Part shown: in pieces, positions 24,545 through 41,786 of the stretch
Layout: every line of letters starts with the position of its first letter
Numbering within the stretch: the first letter of the stretch is position 1
Source: Eledone cirrhosa
Taxonomy: Eukaryota
Direction: 5' to 3'
Length of the DNA: 64,000 nucleotides
Assembly (NCBI GenBank): GCA_964016885.1
Contig: OZ024744.1
Coordinates: 104,780,001-104,844,000, forward strand
The notes under the pieces: model-generated
What the model was told of the DNA's origin: nothing
The model's input: only the letters and a program-made list of their open reading frames with translations
Databases searched by the model: none
Translations under genes and position numbers: made by a program

Positions 24545-27500
24545 TGTCACAGCTATGACACAACTATAACATACAGCTATGACACAGTCATGACAAAGCT
24601 ATATTATACAGCTATAACACACAACTATGACACAGTTATAGCACACAGCCATGACAAAGCTATATCATACAGCTATAACACACAACTATGTCACAGCTAT
24701 AGCACACAACCATGACAAAGCTATATCATACAGCTATGACACACAACTATGACACAGTTATAGCACACAGCCATGACAAAGCTATATCGTACAGCTATAA
24801 CACACAACTATGTCACAGCTATAGCACACAACCATGACAAAGCTATATCATACAGCTATGACACACAACTATGACACAGCTATAGCACACAGCCATGACA
24901 AAGCTATATCATACAGCTATAACACATCTATAGCACACAGCCATATCATACAGCTATAACACACAGCCATGACAAAGCTATATCATACAACTATGACACA
25001 GCTATAGCACACAGCCATGACAAAGCTATATCGTACAGCTATAACACACAACTATGTCACAGCTATAGCACACAACCATGACAAAGCTATATCATACAGC
25101 TATGACACACAACTATGACACAGCCATGACAAAGCTATATCATACAGCTATAACACACAACTATGACACATCTAGAGCACACAGCCATGACAAAGCTATA
25201 TCATACAGCTATAACACACAGCCATGACAAAGCTATATCATACAACTATGACACAGCTATAGCACGCAGCCATGACAAAGCTATATCATACAGCTATGAC
25301 AAAGCTATATCATACAGCTATAACATACAACTATGACACATCTATAGCACACAGCCATGACAAAGCTATATCATACAGCTATGACACAGCTATAGCACAC
25401 AGCCATGACAAAGCTATATCATACAGCTATAACACACAACTATGACACATCTATAGCACACAGCCATATCATACAGCTATAACACACAGCCATGACAAAG
25501 CTATATCGTACAGCTATAACACACAACTATAGCACACAACCATGTCAAAGCTATATCATACAGCTATGGCACAGCTATAGCACACAGCCATGACAAAGCT
25601 ATATCATACAACTATGACACATCTATAGCACACAGCCATGACAAAGCTATATCATACAGCTATGACACAGCTATAGCACACAGCCATGACAAAGCTATAT
25701 CATACAGCTATAACACACAACTATGTCACAGCTATAGCACACAACCATGACAAAGCTATATCATACAGCTATAACACACAGCCATGACAAAGCTATATCA
25801 TACAACTATGACACAGCTATAGCACACAGCCATGACAAAGCTATATCATACAGCTATGACAAAGCTATATCATACAGCTATGACACATCTATAGCACACA
25901 GCCATGACAAAGCTATACCATACAGCTATGACACAGCTATAGCACACAGCCATGACAAAGCTATATCATACAGCTATAACACACAACTATAACACAGCTA
26001 TAGCACACAGCCATGACAAAGCTATATCATACAGCTATAACACACAACTATGACACATCTATAGCACACAGCCATGACAAAGCTATATCATACAGCTATG
26101 ACACAGCTATAGCACACAGCCATGACAAAGCTATATCATACAGCTATGACAAAGCTATATCATACAGCTATGACACATCTATAGCACACAGCCATGACAA
26201 AGCTATACCATACAGCTATGACACAGCTATAGCACACAGCCATGACAAAGCTATATCATACAGCTATAACACACAACTATAACACAGCTATAGCACACAG
26301 CCATGACAAAGCTATATCATACAGCTATAACACACAACTATGACACATCTATAGCACACAGCCATATCATACAGCTATAACACACAGCCATGACAAAGCT
26401 ATATCATACAACTATGACACAGCTATAGCACACAGCCATGACAAAGCTATATCATACAGCTATGACACACAACTATGACACAGCTATAGCACACAGCCAT
26501 GACAAAGCTATATCATACAGCTATAACACACAACTATGACAAAGCTATATCATACAGCTATGACACACAACTATGACACAGCTATAGCACACAGCCATGA
26601 CAAAGCTATGACACAGCTATAGCACACAACCATGATAAAGCTATACCATACAGCTATGACACAGCTGTAGCACACAGCCATGACAAAGCTATATCATACA
26701 ACTATGACACAGCTATAGCACACAGCCATGACAAAGCTATATCGTACAGCTATAACACACAACTATGTCACAGCTATAGCACACAACCATGACAAAGCTA
26801 TATCATACAGCTATAACACACAGCCATGACAAAGCTATATCATACAACTATGACACAGCTATAGCACACAGCCATGACAAAGCTATATCATACAGCTATG
26901 ACAAAGCTATATCATACAGCTATGACACATCTATAGCACACAGCCATGACAAAGCTATATCATACAGCTATAACACACAACTATGACACATCTATAGCAC
27001 ACAGCCATATCATACAGCTATAACACACAGCCATGACAAAGCTATATCATACAACTATGACACAGCTATAGCACACAGCCATGACAAAGCTATATCGTAC
27101 AGCTATAACACACAACTATGTCACAGCTATAGCACACAACCATGTCAAAGCTATATCATACAGCTATGGCACAGCTATAGCACACAGCCATGACAAAGCT
27201 ATATCATACAACTATGACACATCTATAGCACACAGCCATGACAAAGCTATATCATACAGCTATGACACAGCTATAGCACACAGCCATGACAAAGCTATAT
27301 CATACAGCTATAACACACAGCCATGACAAAGCTATATCATACAACTATGACACAGCTATAGCACACAGCCATGACAAAGCTATATCATACAGCTATAACA
27401 CACAACTATGTCACAGCTATAGCACACAACCATGACAAAGCTATATCATACAGCTATGACACACAACTATGACACAGTTATAGCACACAGCCATGACAAA

Positions 27501-30500
27501 GCTATATCGTACAGCTATAACACACAACTATGTCACAGCTATAGCACACAACCATGACAAAGCTATATCATACAGCTATGACACACAACTATGACACAGC
27601 TATAGCACACAGCCATGACAAAGCTATATCATACAGCTATAACACATCTATAGCACACAGCCATATCATACAGCTATAACACACAGCCATGACAAAGCTA
27701 TATCATACAACTATGACACAGCTATAGCACACAGCCATGACAAAGCTATATCGTACAGCTATAACACACAACTATGTCACAGCTATAGCACACAACCATG
27801 ACAAAGCTATATCATACAGCTATGACACACAACTATGACACAGCTATAGCACACAGCCATGACAAAGCTATATCATACAGCTATAACACACAGCCATGAC
27901 AAAGCTATATCATACAACTATGACACAGCTATAGCACGCAGCCATGACAAAGCTATATCATACAGCTATGACAAAGCTATATCATACAGCTATAACATAC
28001 AACTATGACACATCTATAGCACACAGCCATGACAAAGCTATATCATACAACTATGACACATCTATAGCACACAGCCATGACAAAGCTATATCATACAGCT
28101 ATGACACAGCTATAGCACACAGCCATGACAAAGCTATATCATACAGCTATAACACACAACTATGTCACAGCTATAGCACACAACCATGACAAAGCTATAT
28201 CATACAGCTATAACACACAGCCATGACAAAGCTATATCATACAACTATGACACAGCTATAGCACACAGCCATGACAAAGCTATATCATACAGCTATGACA
28301 AAGCTATATCATACAGCTATGACACATCTATAGCACACAGCCATGACAAAGCTATACCATACAGCTATGACACAGCTATAGCACACAGCCATGACAAAGC
28401 TATATCATACAGCTATAACACACAACTATAACACAGCTATAGCACACAGCCATGACAAAGCTATATCATACAGCTATAACACACAAGTATGACACATCTA
28501 TAGCACACAGCCATGACAAAGCTATATCATACAGCTATGACACAGCTATAGCACACAGCCATGACAAAGCTATATCATACAGCTATGACAAAGCTATATC
28601 ATACAGCTATGACACATCTATAGCACACAGCCATGACAAAGCTATACCATACAGCTATGACACAGCTATAGCACACAGCCATGACAAAGCTATATCATAC
28701 AGCTATAACACACAACTATAACACAGCTATAGCACACAGCCATGACAAAGCTATATCATACAGCTATAACACACAACTATGACACATCTATAGCACACAG
28801 CCATATCATACAGCTATAACACACAGCCATGACAAAGCTATATCATACAACTATGACACAGCTATAGCACACAGCCATGACAAAGCTATATCATACAGCT
28901 ATGACACAGCTATAGCACACAGCCATGACAAAGCTATATCATACAGTTATGACACACAACTATGACACAGCTATAGCACACAGCCATGACAAAGCTATAT
29001 CATACAGCTATAACACACAACTATGACAAAGCTATATCATACAGCTATGACACACAACTATGACACAGCTATAGCACACAGCCATGACAAAGCTATGACA
29101 CAGCTATAGCACACAACCATGATAAAGCTATACCATACAGCTATGACACAGCTGTAGCACACAGCCATGACAAAGCTATATCATACAACTATGACACAGC
29201 TATAGCACACAGCCATGACAAAGCTATATCGTACAGCTATAACACACAACTATGTCACAGCTATAGCACACAACCATGACAAAGCTATATCATACAGCTA
29301 TAACACACAGCCATGACAAAGCTATATCATACAACTATGACACAGCTATAGCACACAGCCATGACAAAGCTATATCATACAGCTATGACAAAGCTATATC
29401 ATACAGCTATGACACATCTATAGCACACAGCCATGACAAAGCTATATCATACAGCTATAACACACAACTATGACACATCTATAGCACACAGCCATATCAT
29501 ACAGCTATAACACACAGCCATGACAAAGCTATATCATACAACTATGACACAGCTATAGCACACAGCCATGACAAAGCTATATCGTACAGCTATAACACAC
29601 AACTATGTCACAGCTATAGCACACAACCATGTCAAAGCTATATCATACAGCTATGGCACAGCTATAGCACACAGCCATGACAAAGCTATATCATACAACT
29701 ATGACACATCTATAGCACACAGCCATGACAAAGCTATATCATACAGCTATGACACAGCTATAGCACACAGCCATGACAAAGCTATATCATACAGCTATAA
29801 CACACAGCCATGACAAAGCTATATCATACAACTATGACACAGCTATAGCACACAGCCATGACAAAGCTATATCGTACAGCTATAACACACAACTATGTCA
29901 CAGCTATATCACACAACCATGTCAAAGCTATATCATACAGCTATGGCACACAGCCATGACAAAGCTATATCATACAACTATGACACATCTATAGCACACA
30001 GCCATGACAAAGCTATATCATACAGCTATGACACAGCTATAGCACACAGCCATGACAAAGCTATATCATACAGCTATGACAAAGTTATATCATACAGCTA
30101 TGACACATCTATAGCACACAGCCATGACAAAGCTATACCATACAGCTATGACACAGCTATAGCACACAGCCATGACAAAGCTATATCATACAGCTATAAC
30201 ACACAACTATAACACAGCTATAGCACACAGCCATGACAAAGCTATATCATACAGCTATAACACACAACTATGACACATCTATAGCACACAGCCATGACAA
30301 AGCTATATCATACAGCTATGACACAGCTATAGCACACAGCCATGACAAAGCTATATCATACAGCTATAACACACAGCCATGACAAAGCTATATCATACAA
30401 CTATGACACAGCTATAGCACACAGCCATGACAAAGCTATATCATACAGCTATGACAAAGCTATATCATACAGCTATGACACATCTATAGCACACAGCCAT

Positions 30501-33500
30501 GACAAAGCTATACCATACAGCTATGACACACAACTATGACACATCTATAGCACACAGCCATGACAAAGCTATATCATACAGCTATAACACACAACTATGA
30601 CACATCTATAGCACACAGCCATATCATACAGCTATAACACACAGCCATGACAAAGCTATATCATACAACTATGACACAGCTATAGCACACAGCCATGACA
30701 AAGCTATATCATACAGCTATGACACAGCTATAGCACACAGCCATGACAAAGCTATATCATACAGTTATGACACACAACTATGACACAGCTATAGCACACA
30801 GCCATGACAAAGCTATATCATACAGCTATAACACACAACTATGACAAAGCTATATCATACAGCTATGACACAGCTATAGCACACAGCCATGACAAAGCTA
30901 TATCATACAGCTATGACACAGCTATAGCACACAACCATGACAAAGCTATACCATACAGCTATGACACAGCTATAGCACACAGCCATGACAAAGCTATATC
31001 ATACAACTATGACACAGCTATAGCACACAGCCATGACAAAGCTATATCGTACAGCTATAACACACAACTATGTCACAGCTATAGCACACAACCATGACAA
31101 AGCTATATCATACAGCTATGACACACAACTATGACACAGCTATAGCACACAGCCATGACAAAGCTATATCATACAGCTATAACACACAACTATGACACAT
31201 CTATAGCACACAGCCATATCATACAGCTATAACACACAGCCATGAAAAAGCTATATCATACAACCATGACACAGCTATAGCACACAGCCATGACAAAGCT
31301 ATATCGTACAGCTATAACACACAACTATGTCACAGCTATAGCACACAACCATGACAAAGCTATATCATACAGCTATGACACACAACTATGACACAGCTAT
31401 AGCACACAGCCATGACAAAGCTATATCATACAGCTATAACACACAACTATGACACATCAATAGCACACAGCCATGACAAAGCTGTATCATACAGCTATAA
31501 CACACAGCCATGACAAAGCTATATCATACAACTATGACACAGCTATAGCACACAGCCATGACAAAGCTATATCATACAGCTATGACAAAGCTATATCATA
31601 CAGATATAACATACAACTATGACACATCTATAGCACACAGCCATGACAAAGCTATATAATACAGCTATGACACAGCTATAGCACACAGCCATGACAAAGC
31701 TATATCATACAGCTATAACACACAACTATAACACAGCTATAGCACACAGCCATGACAAAGCTTTATCATACAGCTATGACACAGCTATAGCACACAGCCA
31801 TGACAAAGCTATATCATACAGCTATGACACACAACTATGACACATCTATAGCACACAGCCATATCATACAGCTATAACATTCAGCCATGACAAAGCTATA
31901 TCATACAACTATGACACAGCTATAGCACACAGCCATGACAAAGCTATATCATACAGCTATAACACACAACTATGTCACAGCTATAGCACACAACCATGAC
32001 AAAGCTATATCATACAGCTATGACACACAACTATGACACAGTTATAGCACACAGCCATGACAAAGCTATATCGTACAGCTATAACACACAACTATGTCAC
32101 AGCTATAGCACACAACCATGACAAAGCTATATCATACAGCTATGACACACAACTATGACACAGCTATAGCACACAGCCATGACAAAGCTATATCATACAG
32201 CTATAACACATCTATAGCACACAGCCATATCATACAGCTATAACACACAGCCATGACAAAGCTATATCATACAACTATGACACAGCTATAGCACACAGCC
32301 ATGACAAAGCTATATCGTACAGCTATAACACACAACTATGTCACAGCTATAGCACACAACCATGACAAAGCTATATCATACAGCTATGACACACAACTAT
32401 GACACAGCTATAGCACACAGCCATGACAAAGCTATATCATACAGCTATAACACACAGCCATGACAAAGCTATATCATACAACTATGACACAGCTATAGCA
32501 CGCAGCCATGACAAAGCTATATCATACAGCTATGACAAAGCTATATCATACAGCTATAACATACAACTATGACACATCTATAGCACACAGCCATGACAAA
32601 GCTATATCATACAACTATGACACATCTATAGCACACAGCCATGACAAAGCTATATCATACAGCTATGACACAGCTATAGCACACAGCCATGACAAAGCTA
32701 TATCATACAGCTATAACACACAACTATGTCACAGCTATAGCACACAACCATGACAAAGCTATATCATACAGCTATAACACACAGCCATGACAAAGCTATA
32801 TCATACAACTATGACACAGCTATAGCACACAGCCATGACAAAGCTATATCATACAGCTATGACAAAGCTATATCATACAGCTATGACACATCTATAGCAC
32901 ACAGCCATGACAAAGCTATACCATACAGCTATGACACAGCTATAGCACACAGCCATGACAAAGCTATATCATACAGCTATAACACACAACTATAACACAG
33001 CTATAGCACACAGCCATGACAAAGCTATATCATACAGCTATAACACACAAGTATGACACATCTATAGCACACAGCCATGACAAAGCTATATCATACAGCT
33101 ATGACACAGCTATAGCACACAGCCATGACAAAGCTATATCATACAGCTATGACAAAGCTATATCATACAGCTATGACACATCTATAGCACACAGCCATGA
33201 CAAAGCTATACCATACAGCTATGACACAGCTATAGCACACAGCCATGACAAAGCTATATCATACAGCTATAACACACAACTATAACACAGCTATAGCACA
33301 CAGCCATGACAAAGCTATATCATACAGCTATAACACACAACTATGACACATCTATAGCACACAGCCATATCATACAGCTATAACACACAGCCATGACAAA
33401 GCTATATCATACAACTATGACACAGCTATAGCACACAGCCATGACAAAGCTATATCATACAGCTATGACACAGCTATAGCACACAGCCATGACAAAGCTA

Positions 33501-36500
33501 TATCATACAGCTATGACACACAACTATGACACAGCTATAGCACACAGCCATGACAAAGCTATATCATACAGCTATAACACACAACTATGACAAAGCTATA
33601 TCATACAGCTATGACACACAACTATGACACAGCTATAGCACACAGCCATGACAAAGCTATGACACAGCTATAGCACACAACCATGATAAAGCTATACCAT
33701 ACAGCTATGACACAGCTGTAGCACACAGCCATGACAAAGCTATATCATACAACTATGACACAGCTATAGCACACAGCCATGACAAAGCTATATCGTACAG
33801 CTATAACACACAACTATGTCACAGCTATAGCACACAACCATGACAAAGCTATATCATACAGCTATAACACACAGCCATGACAAAGCTATATCATACAACT
33901 ATGACACAGCTATAGCACACAGCCATGACAAAGCTATATCATACAGCTATGACAAAGCTATATCATACAGCTATGACACATCTATAGCACACAGCCATGA
34001 CAAAGCTATATCATACAGCTATAACACACAACTATGACACATCTATAGCACACAGCCATATCATACAGCTATAACACACAGCCATGACAAAGCTATATCA
34101 TACAACTATGACACAGCTATAGCACACAGCCATGACAAAGCTATATCGTACAGCTATAACACACAACTATGTCACAGCTATAGCACACAACCATGTCAAA
34201 GCTATATCATACAGCTATGGCACAGCTATAGCACACAGCCATGACAAAGCTATATCATACAACTATGACACATCTATAGCACACAGCCATGACAAAGCTA
34301 TATCATACAGCTATGACACAGCTATAGCACACAGCCATGACAAAGCTATATCATACAGCTATAACACACAGCCATGACAAAGCTATATCATACAACTATG
34401 ACACAGCTATAGCACACAGCCATGACAAAGCTATATCGTACAGCTATAACACACAACTATGTCACAGCTATATCACACAACCATGTCAAAGCTATATCAT
34501 ACAGCTATGGCACACAGCCATGACAAAGCTATATCATACAACTATGACACATCTATAGCACACAGCCATGACAAAGCTATATCATACAGCTATGACACAG
34601 CTATAGCACACAGCCATGACAAAGCTATATCATACAGCTATGACAAAGTTATATCATACAGCTATGACACATCTATAGCACACAGCCATGACAAAGCTAT
34701 ACCATACAGCTATGACACAGCTATAGCACACAGCCATGACAAAGCTATATCATACAGCTATAACACACAACTATAACACAGCTATAGCACACAGCCATGA
34801 CAAAGCTATATCATACAGCTATAACACACAACTATGACACATCTATAGCACACAGCCATGACAAAGCTATATCATACAGCTATGACACAGCTATAGCACA
34901 CAGCCATGACAAAGCTATATCATACAGCTATAACACACAGCCATGACAAAGCTATATCATACAACTATGACACAGCTATAGCACACAGCCATGACAAAGC
35001 TATATCATACAGCTATGACAAAGCTATATCATACAGCTATGACACATCTATAGCACACAGCCATGACAAAGCTATACCATACAGCTATGACACACAACTA
35101 TGACACATCTATAGCACACAGCCATGACAAAGCTATATCATACAGCTATAACACACAACTATGACACATCTATAGCACACAGCCATATCATACAGCTATA
35201 ACACACAGCCATGACAAAGCTATATCATACAACTATGACACAGCTATAGCACACAGCCATGACAAAGCTATATCATACAGCTATGACACAGCTATAGCAC
35301 ACAGCCATGACAAAGCTATATCATACAGTTATGACACACAACTATGACACAGCTATAGCACACAGCCATGACAAAGCTATATCATACAGCTATAACACAC
35401 AACTATGACAAAGCTATATCATACAGCTATGACACAGCTATAGCACACAGCCATGACAAAGCTATATCATACAGCTATGACACAGCTATAGCACACAACC
35501 ATGACAAAGCTATACCATACAGCTATGACACAGCTATAGCACACAGCCATGACAAAGCTATATCATACAACTATGACACAGCTATAGCACACAGCCATGA
35601 CAAAGCTATATCGTACAGCTATAACACACAACTATGTCACAGCTATAGCACACAACCATGACAAAGCTATATCATACAGCTATGACACACAACTATGACA
35701 CAGCTATAGCACACAGCCATGACAAAGCTATATCATACAGCTATAACACACAACTATGACACATCTATAGCACACAGCCATATCATACAGCTATAACACA
35801 CAGCCATGAAAAAGCTATATCATACAACCATGACACAGCTATAGCACACAGCCATGACAAAGCTATATCGTACAGCTATAACACACAACTATGTCACAGC
35901 TATAGCACACAACCATGACAAAGCTATATCATACAGCTATGACACACAACTATGACACAGCTATAGCACACAGCCATGACAAAGCTATATCATACAGCTA
36001 TAACACACAACTATGACACATCAATAGCACACAGCCATGACAAAGCTGTATCATACAGCTATAACACACAGCCATGACAAAGCTATATCATACAACTATG
36101 ACACAGCTATAGCACACAGCCATGACAAAGCTATATCATACAGCTATGACAAAGCTATATCATACAGATATAACATACAACTATGACACATCTATAGCAC
36201 ACAGCCATGACAAAGCTATATAATACAGCTATGACACAGCTATAGCACACAGCCATGACAAAGCTATATCATACAGCTATAACACACAACTATAACACAG
36301 CTATAGCACACAGCCATGACAAAGCTTTATCATACAGCTATGACACAGCTATAGCACACAGCCATGACAAAGCTATATCATACAGCTATGACACACAACT
36401 ATGACACATCTATAGCACACAGCCATATCATACAGCTATAACATTCAGCCATGACAAAGCTATATCATACAACTATGACACAGCTATAGCACACAGCCAT

Positions 36501-37340
36501 GACAAAGCTATATCATACAGCTATGACAAAGCTATATCATACAGCTATAACATACAACTATGACACATCTATAGCACACAGCCATGACAAAGCTATATCA
36601 TACAGCTATGACACATCTATAGCACACAGCCATGACAAAGCTATATCATACAGCTATAACACACAACTATAACACAGCTATAGCACACAGCCATGACAAA
36701 GCTTTATCATACAGCTATGACACACAACTATGACACAGCTATAGCACACAGCCATGACAAAGCTATATCATACAGCTATGACACACAACTATGACACAGC
36801 TATAGCACACAGCCATGACAAAGCTATATCATACAGCTATAACACACAACTATGACAAAGCTATATCATACAACTATGACACACAACTATGACACAGCTA
36901 TAGCACACAGCCATGACAAAGCTATATCATACAGCTATAACACACAACTATGACAAAGCTATATCATACAACTATGACACAGCTATAGCACACAGCCATG
37001 ACAAAGCTATATCATACAGCTATAACACACAACTATGACAAAGCTATATCATACAGCTATGACACACAACTATGACACAGCTATAACACACAACTATGAC
37101 AAAGCTATATCATACAGCTATGACACACAACTATGACACAGCTATAGCACACAGCCATGACAAAGCTATATCATACAGCTATGACACAGCTATAGCACAC
37201 AGCCATGACAAAGCTATATCATACAGCTATGACACAGCTATAGCACGCAGCCATGACACATCTATAGCACACAACTGACAGCTATGCCACACATCTATGT
37301 CACATAGCTATGACATGGAGCCGTGACACACAGCTATAAC
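24545..37340. repeat. 12.8-kb complex satellite of 11- and 13-bp monomers with higher-order repeats
   Basis: Monomers ctatgacacag, ctatagcacacag, ccatgacaaag, ctatatcatacag, ctataacacacaa; identical ORF-track peptides recur at a 4564-bp offset. Confidence 0.98.
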
Positions 37341-37369
37341 ATACTGGTATGATATACAGTTATGTGGAT

Positions 37370-39510
37370 TGGATGCTTTTTTATCGTGTCACCTACACAA
37401 CCTCCTTACAGTGAAACTGAGTGCTTATTCATTATGGCAGCAGCACTGTGAGTGAGTAGGTTTGGAGTGTGTCCAGCTTTCTATGCTTTTTGTGCATGCT
37501 TTGGACTGGAGAAATGTATCAAGGGAAATGGAAGGGGTTTGTGAAGGGTGAGGTGCATGTATGCAGGATGGGATAGGGGAGGTCTAAAGTGGACTACTTA
37601 GCTTTTGAGAATGAAGGGGTGAGTGTTGGGATATGAGAGGTATATGGGCAGAGGAGAGAAGATTTGGTGCAGACTAATGCCCTCTACATATTTGTTTCAT
37701 CCTGTGCACATGAGAAGGCAGGTCTTCTGCAGTACAGCATGATTCCAGAGATCTTGATCCTGTGTCATCTCCTTTGAGAGGTTTAATTGTGCAAGGTCAG
37801 CTTTTATTTCTTTATCCCAATTTACGTCTTCCATAGTTTCCTTCAACTGCCTGCATCTTTTTATACAGCTGTCATCCTCCATACTCATCACATGTCCTTA
37901 CCACCACAATTTCCTCTCCTGTACACTGCATCTGACACCTCTTATGCCTAGTTTCTCTCTCACTTCATTCACACTTTGCCATGCATGCAACTTTCATTTC
38001 TTTCCAATCTTCATAGGTCCTCTACACACAGCACTTACGACTCTACCAAGCAGCATTATTGTTCATATACACACATCATACAATCTGCCCTTCATTTTGA
38101 GGGAAAAACCTTTTGTAGTTAGAGATTAAAAAGAAACGAAGCTTGCATGCTCCGGTGGATGTGTAATAGTAAGCAAACGGCAAAGCATAAACAAATTGAG
38201 AGAGAGAGACTAAGCATAAGTGGAATCAAATGCTGTGTGCAGGAGAGGGGGTTGCGCTGGTATGGACATGTGATGCGTATGAAGGACAGCTGCATAGAAA
38301 GGTGCAGAGCACTAGAAGTCGATGAAAGCCGCAGAATGGGGAAACCCAACAAGACCTGGGATGAGGTGATAAAAGCCGACCTTACCCAATTGCACCTCTC
38401 AACGGTGATGTCACACGACCGTGACCTCTGGTGTCATGCAGTAATACAGAAGACCCGACTTCCCACGGGTACAAGCCGAAGCATATAGACAATATCCCCC
38501 TCACCCACACACACACACTGCAAAGTGTTCGTGGACGTGCCACAGCAAAAAAGCACCCAGCCCACACTGTAAAGTGGACGTGTAGGCGCCACGGAAAAAA
38601 AGCACCCAGCACTCACTGTAAATGAGGTTGGCGTTAAAAAGGGCATCCAGCTGTAGAAATCAAGCCAAAATCAGTTCCCGTATGAGCAAGACAAGGTCAG
38701 CCAACAGGACAACCCGTCTAACCCATGCTAGCATGGAAGAACGGACGAGAAACGGTGATGATGATGATGAGTGGTAGTAATTCCCTGAACTTTTTCCATC
38801 CCAATCTCATTCTGGCTACTGCACTTTTAGAACACCCACCTCCGCTGCTAATTTGGTCAACTAGGTAACAGAAATTATCAACTACTTTTTATGGAGACCT
38901 CTGGACATTTAAAGAGGCTTGTTTCCTCTAGGAACATGCTACTTCCTGCTCCTGTGCATCAACCACATATAAAACCTACATTTTTTACTAGCCTGCCTGT
39001 GATCCCACTACCTCTCTTGTGTACCAATAGTTTGTATTTGGGATTTAGGATGGAATTTCTACCTGTTCCTTTCCTGCACATTGGGCAAGGCCATGTTCCT
39101 GAAGCGATCTGGGTCCTGTTTTCTTTTCCACTTATTTGGAATTTAGTCTTTGCCAAGTTGACTTTAAGACCTTTTGCTTCCAAGCTATGCTTCTAGATCA
39201 GGAATTTCATCTCTAATTTTGCCATTGATTCCGACTATGAGGATTAGATCATTGTCACACAGAAGTTTCCATGAGCAGCCAGTTTTAATCTAACCTTTCT
39301 GATTGCTTCCCTAACAAGCCAGTCGTCTCTTCTAGTTTTCTAAGGGCCTACCAGATTATGGAATGGGGAACTCTGTCAAATGCTTTCTCCAGGTCAATAA
39401 TTGCCAAGTAGAGAGGCTTACTTTTAGCTAAGTACTTCCGCTGCAGTTGCCTCACAAAGAAGTGGGCATCTGTAGCACTTTTACCTGGTACAAATACAAA
39501 CTTCATCTCT
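37370..39510 (-). mobile_element. Old RTE LINE (-) interrupted by a + strand RTE 3' fragment (38126-38770)
   Basis: RT motifs continue across the insertion (…FRELLPL | TTKGFSLKMKGRLYD…); the insert ends in (GAT)n. Confidence 0.8.
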
Positions 39511-40546
39511 TCTTACATATGTATATAATCTAGTGTGAACACACTATCTTCAAGATAGTGTGTTTTACCTTGATATGATTGATGTATTCCTATAATATAT
39601 ACTTATATACATCATCATCGTTTAACGTCCATATTCCACGCTCGCATGGGTTTGGACAGGAGTTTTCCCACTTGAGGCAAGAATGGTTGTCTTGCTTGCA
39701 CAGGACTGTCTGGCAGGTTTTCTACGGCTGGATGCCCTTCCTAACACCAACCACATTTACAGTGTGGAACTGGGAGGTTTTTACCGTGTTACCTACATGG
39801 CCACATTACAGCGTGGACTGTGTGTTTTTTTGTTGTGACACCTACACGACCTCATTTGTTTCGGGTTGGATGTTGTGGTACCAACATAACTTTACATTGA
39901 AAGGGGTGGTGTGGATGGGGTGGGAGGTAGTGGGACGGGGGTGTATTTTGTTAGAGGTGCCTACTGACTGTAGTAGGTTTCACTTTGCACTTAGGTAAGA
40001 CGGGTCTTCTCTATTACTGTGTAGCGCCAAAGATCTCGGTCCCGTGACATTGTCTTGGAGAGGTGTAAGTGTGTGAGGTCGGAATTTATCAAGTCGTCCC
40101 AGGTTTTTCTGGGTCTGCCTATTCCGTGGCTACCGTCTATTTTTATTGCCCTGCACATTTTTATACAGCTGTCGTCTTTCATGCGCATCACGTGACCATA
40201 CCAACGTAGTCTTCTCTCGAGTAAACAACATCTGATCCCTCTTATTTCTAATTTCTCCCTTAGTTCGTTTATGCTTTGCCGTTCACGTATATTACTATTA
40301 CACATCCAGCGGAGCATGCAAGCTTCGTTTCTCTCCAGTCTGTGTATATCCTCTGCACACAATGCCCAGGTCTCACTGCCATGTAACATTGCTGTTCGTA
40401 TGCAGGCATCATACAGCCTGCCTTTCATTTTTAGAGAGAACCTGGAGGCACATGGCTTAGTGGTTAGAGCATTGGGCTTGCAATTGAAAGGTTGTGAGTT
40501 CAATTATCAGACCAGGTGATGTGTTGTTTCCTTGAGCAAGACACTT

Positions 40547-40944
40547 TAGGAAATAGATATCGGTGCACATGCAACATAATATAAAAGACAAAGAGTACTG
40601 GTGTGTGTGATAAAGTTTTACTTCATAGAAGTCAAAGGTGTATAAGGTAAAGGGTTGTTACCCGATGGCAATAATGCCATTGTGAAGTTGTCAGGCTGGT
40701 GAGCTGGATTGTGCTGGTAACGAAAGGGTCGTCCAGAAAGAATCCAGCTATGGTCGAAGATGTTACCACTTCGGGAATCAGGAGGCGAGAGAGAGATTTC
40801 GCGGTTAATCGCTCCTTTTATCTCTCTTGACCGGAAGTGACCACTAGGGAGTTTGGTCAATCCCAAAGGGAAGCAACTCCACCTACTTCCTGTCTAGAGA
40901 ACAGCGATTTAATTGTCGTGGCAGGGGAGGCAACTCTTACTACA
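40547..40944 (-). mobile_element. Putative 3' LTR of the Gypsy element
   Basis: Minus strand: purine tract ggcgggggatac immediately followed by TGTAGTAAG at 40944; the far end reads …atttccta without a terminal CA. Confidence 0.6.
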
Positions 40945-41240
40945 GTATCCCCCGCCAGATTTTTAAAACATAAAAAATCGAAAGAAGCATGCATGGAGTA
41001 AGATGGCGAGCATGTAAGAGGCATGAAAAATATGGTACAGAGTAATGGAAGTAAGAAAAGTCAAAAGTTCAAATGTACAAAATATAGTTCACAGGTGTGC
41101 AGTCACATGACAGCAGGAAAGAAAGTGTGTTCCAGAGAATGAATGCAGGTGGTCTCTGTTCTGTGGTATATCGTGAATTTCCAACCTCCGAATGGATTTT
41201 CTCACAGGAAGAGTGCTGCAAAAATAAATTCTCTGGCTTT

Positions 41241-41401
41241 GGTTGCTGTTGCTGCTGTTGTATTGCTGTTGTTGCTGCTGTATTGCTGTTGCTGCTGTAT
41301 TGCTGTTGCTGCTGCTGTTGTTGCTGCTGTATTGCTGTTGTTGCTGCTGTATTGCTGTTGCTGCTGTATTGCTGTTGCTGCTGCTGTTGTTGCTGCTGTT
41401 G
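41241..41401. repeat. (TGC/TGT)n compound trinucleotide repeat within the Gypsy 3' region
   Basis: Direct reading of the sequence. Confidence 0.9.
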
Positions 41402-41755
41402 TCTCGCTGAGTGAGCGTATTCGGTGTTTAAACTCACAGTAGACAAAAAATTTTTTAGAAAAAATGAGTTGCGCAAAGTGCTAGAAATAGCAGCCGAAGT
41501 TGATGGTCGATGTTGAGAATGCGTTGATCTGGAAGGGTCCAGAGGCCAGCGACCAGAGAAATAAGCATTCTTACTAAATGCGCGGTTATCAACGGTAAAT
41601 TTACATTGCAAACTTATAAACCGGCAAAGAGAAGAATGTAGCTTAAAATGTTCATTGTAAAGGAAACGAAAAAACATATATATACATCCAGTGAAATGGT
41701 CATGAGAGGTACATTGCAATACAATAAATCAAATAAATAAGAACAGCAAAAACAA

Positions 41756-41786
<31 letters not shown>

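Noticed and set aside
24518-37278. Dozens of His/Tyr/Asp-rich ORFs suggesting a repeat-protein family
   Set aside because: Translations of satellite monomers with constant frame switching; no gene structure.
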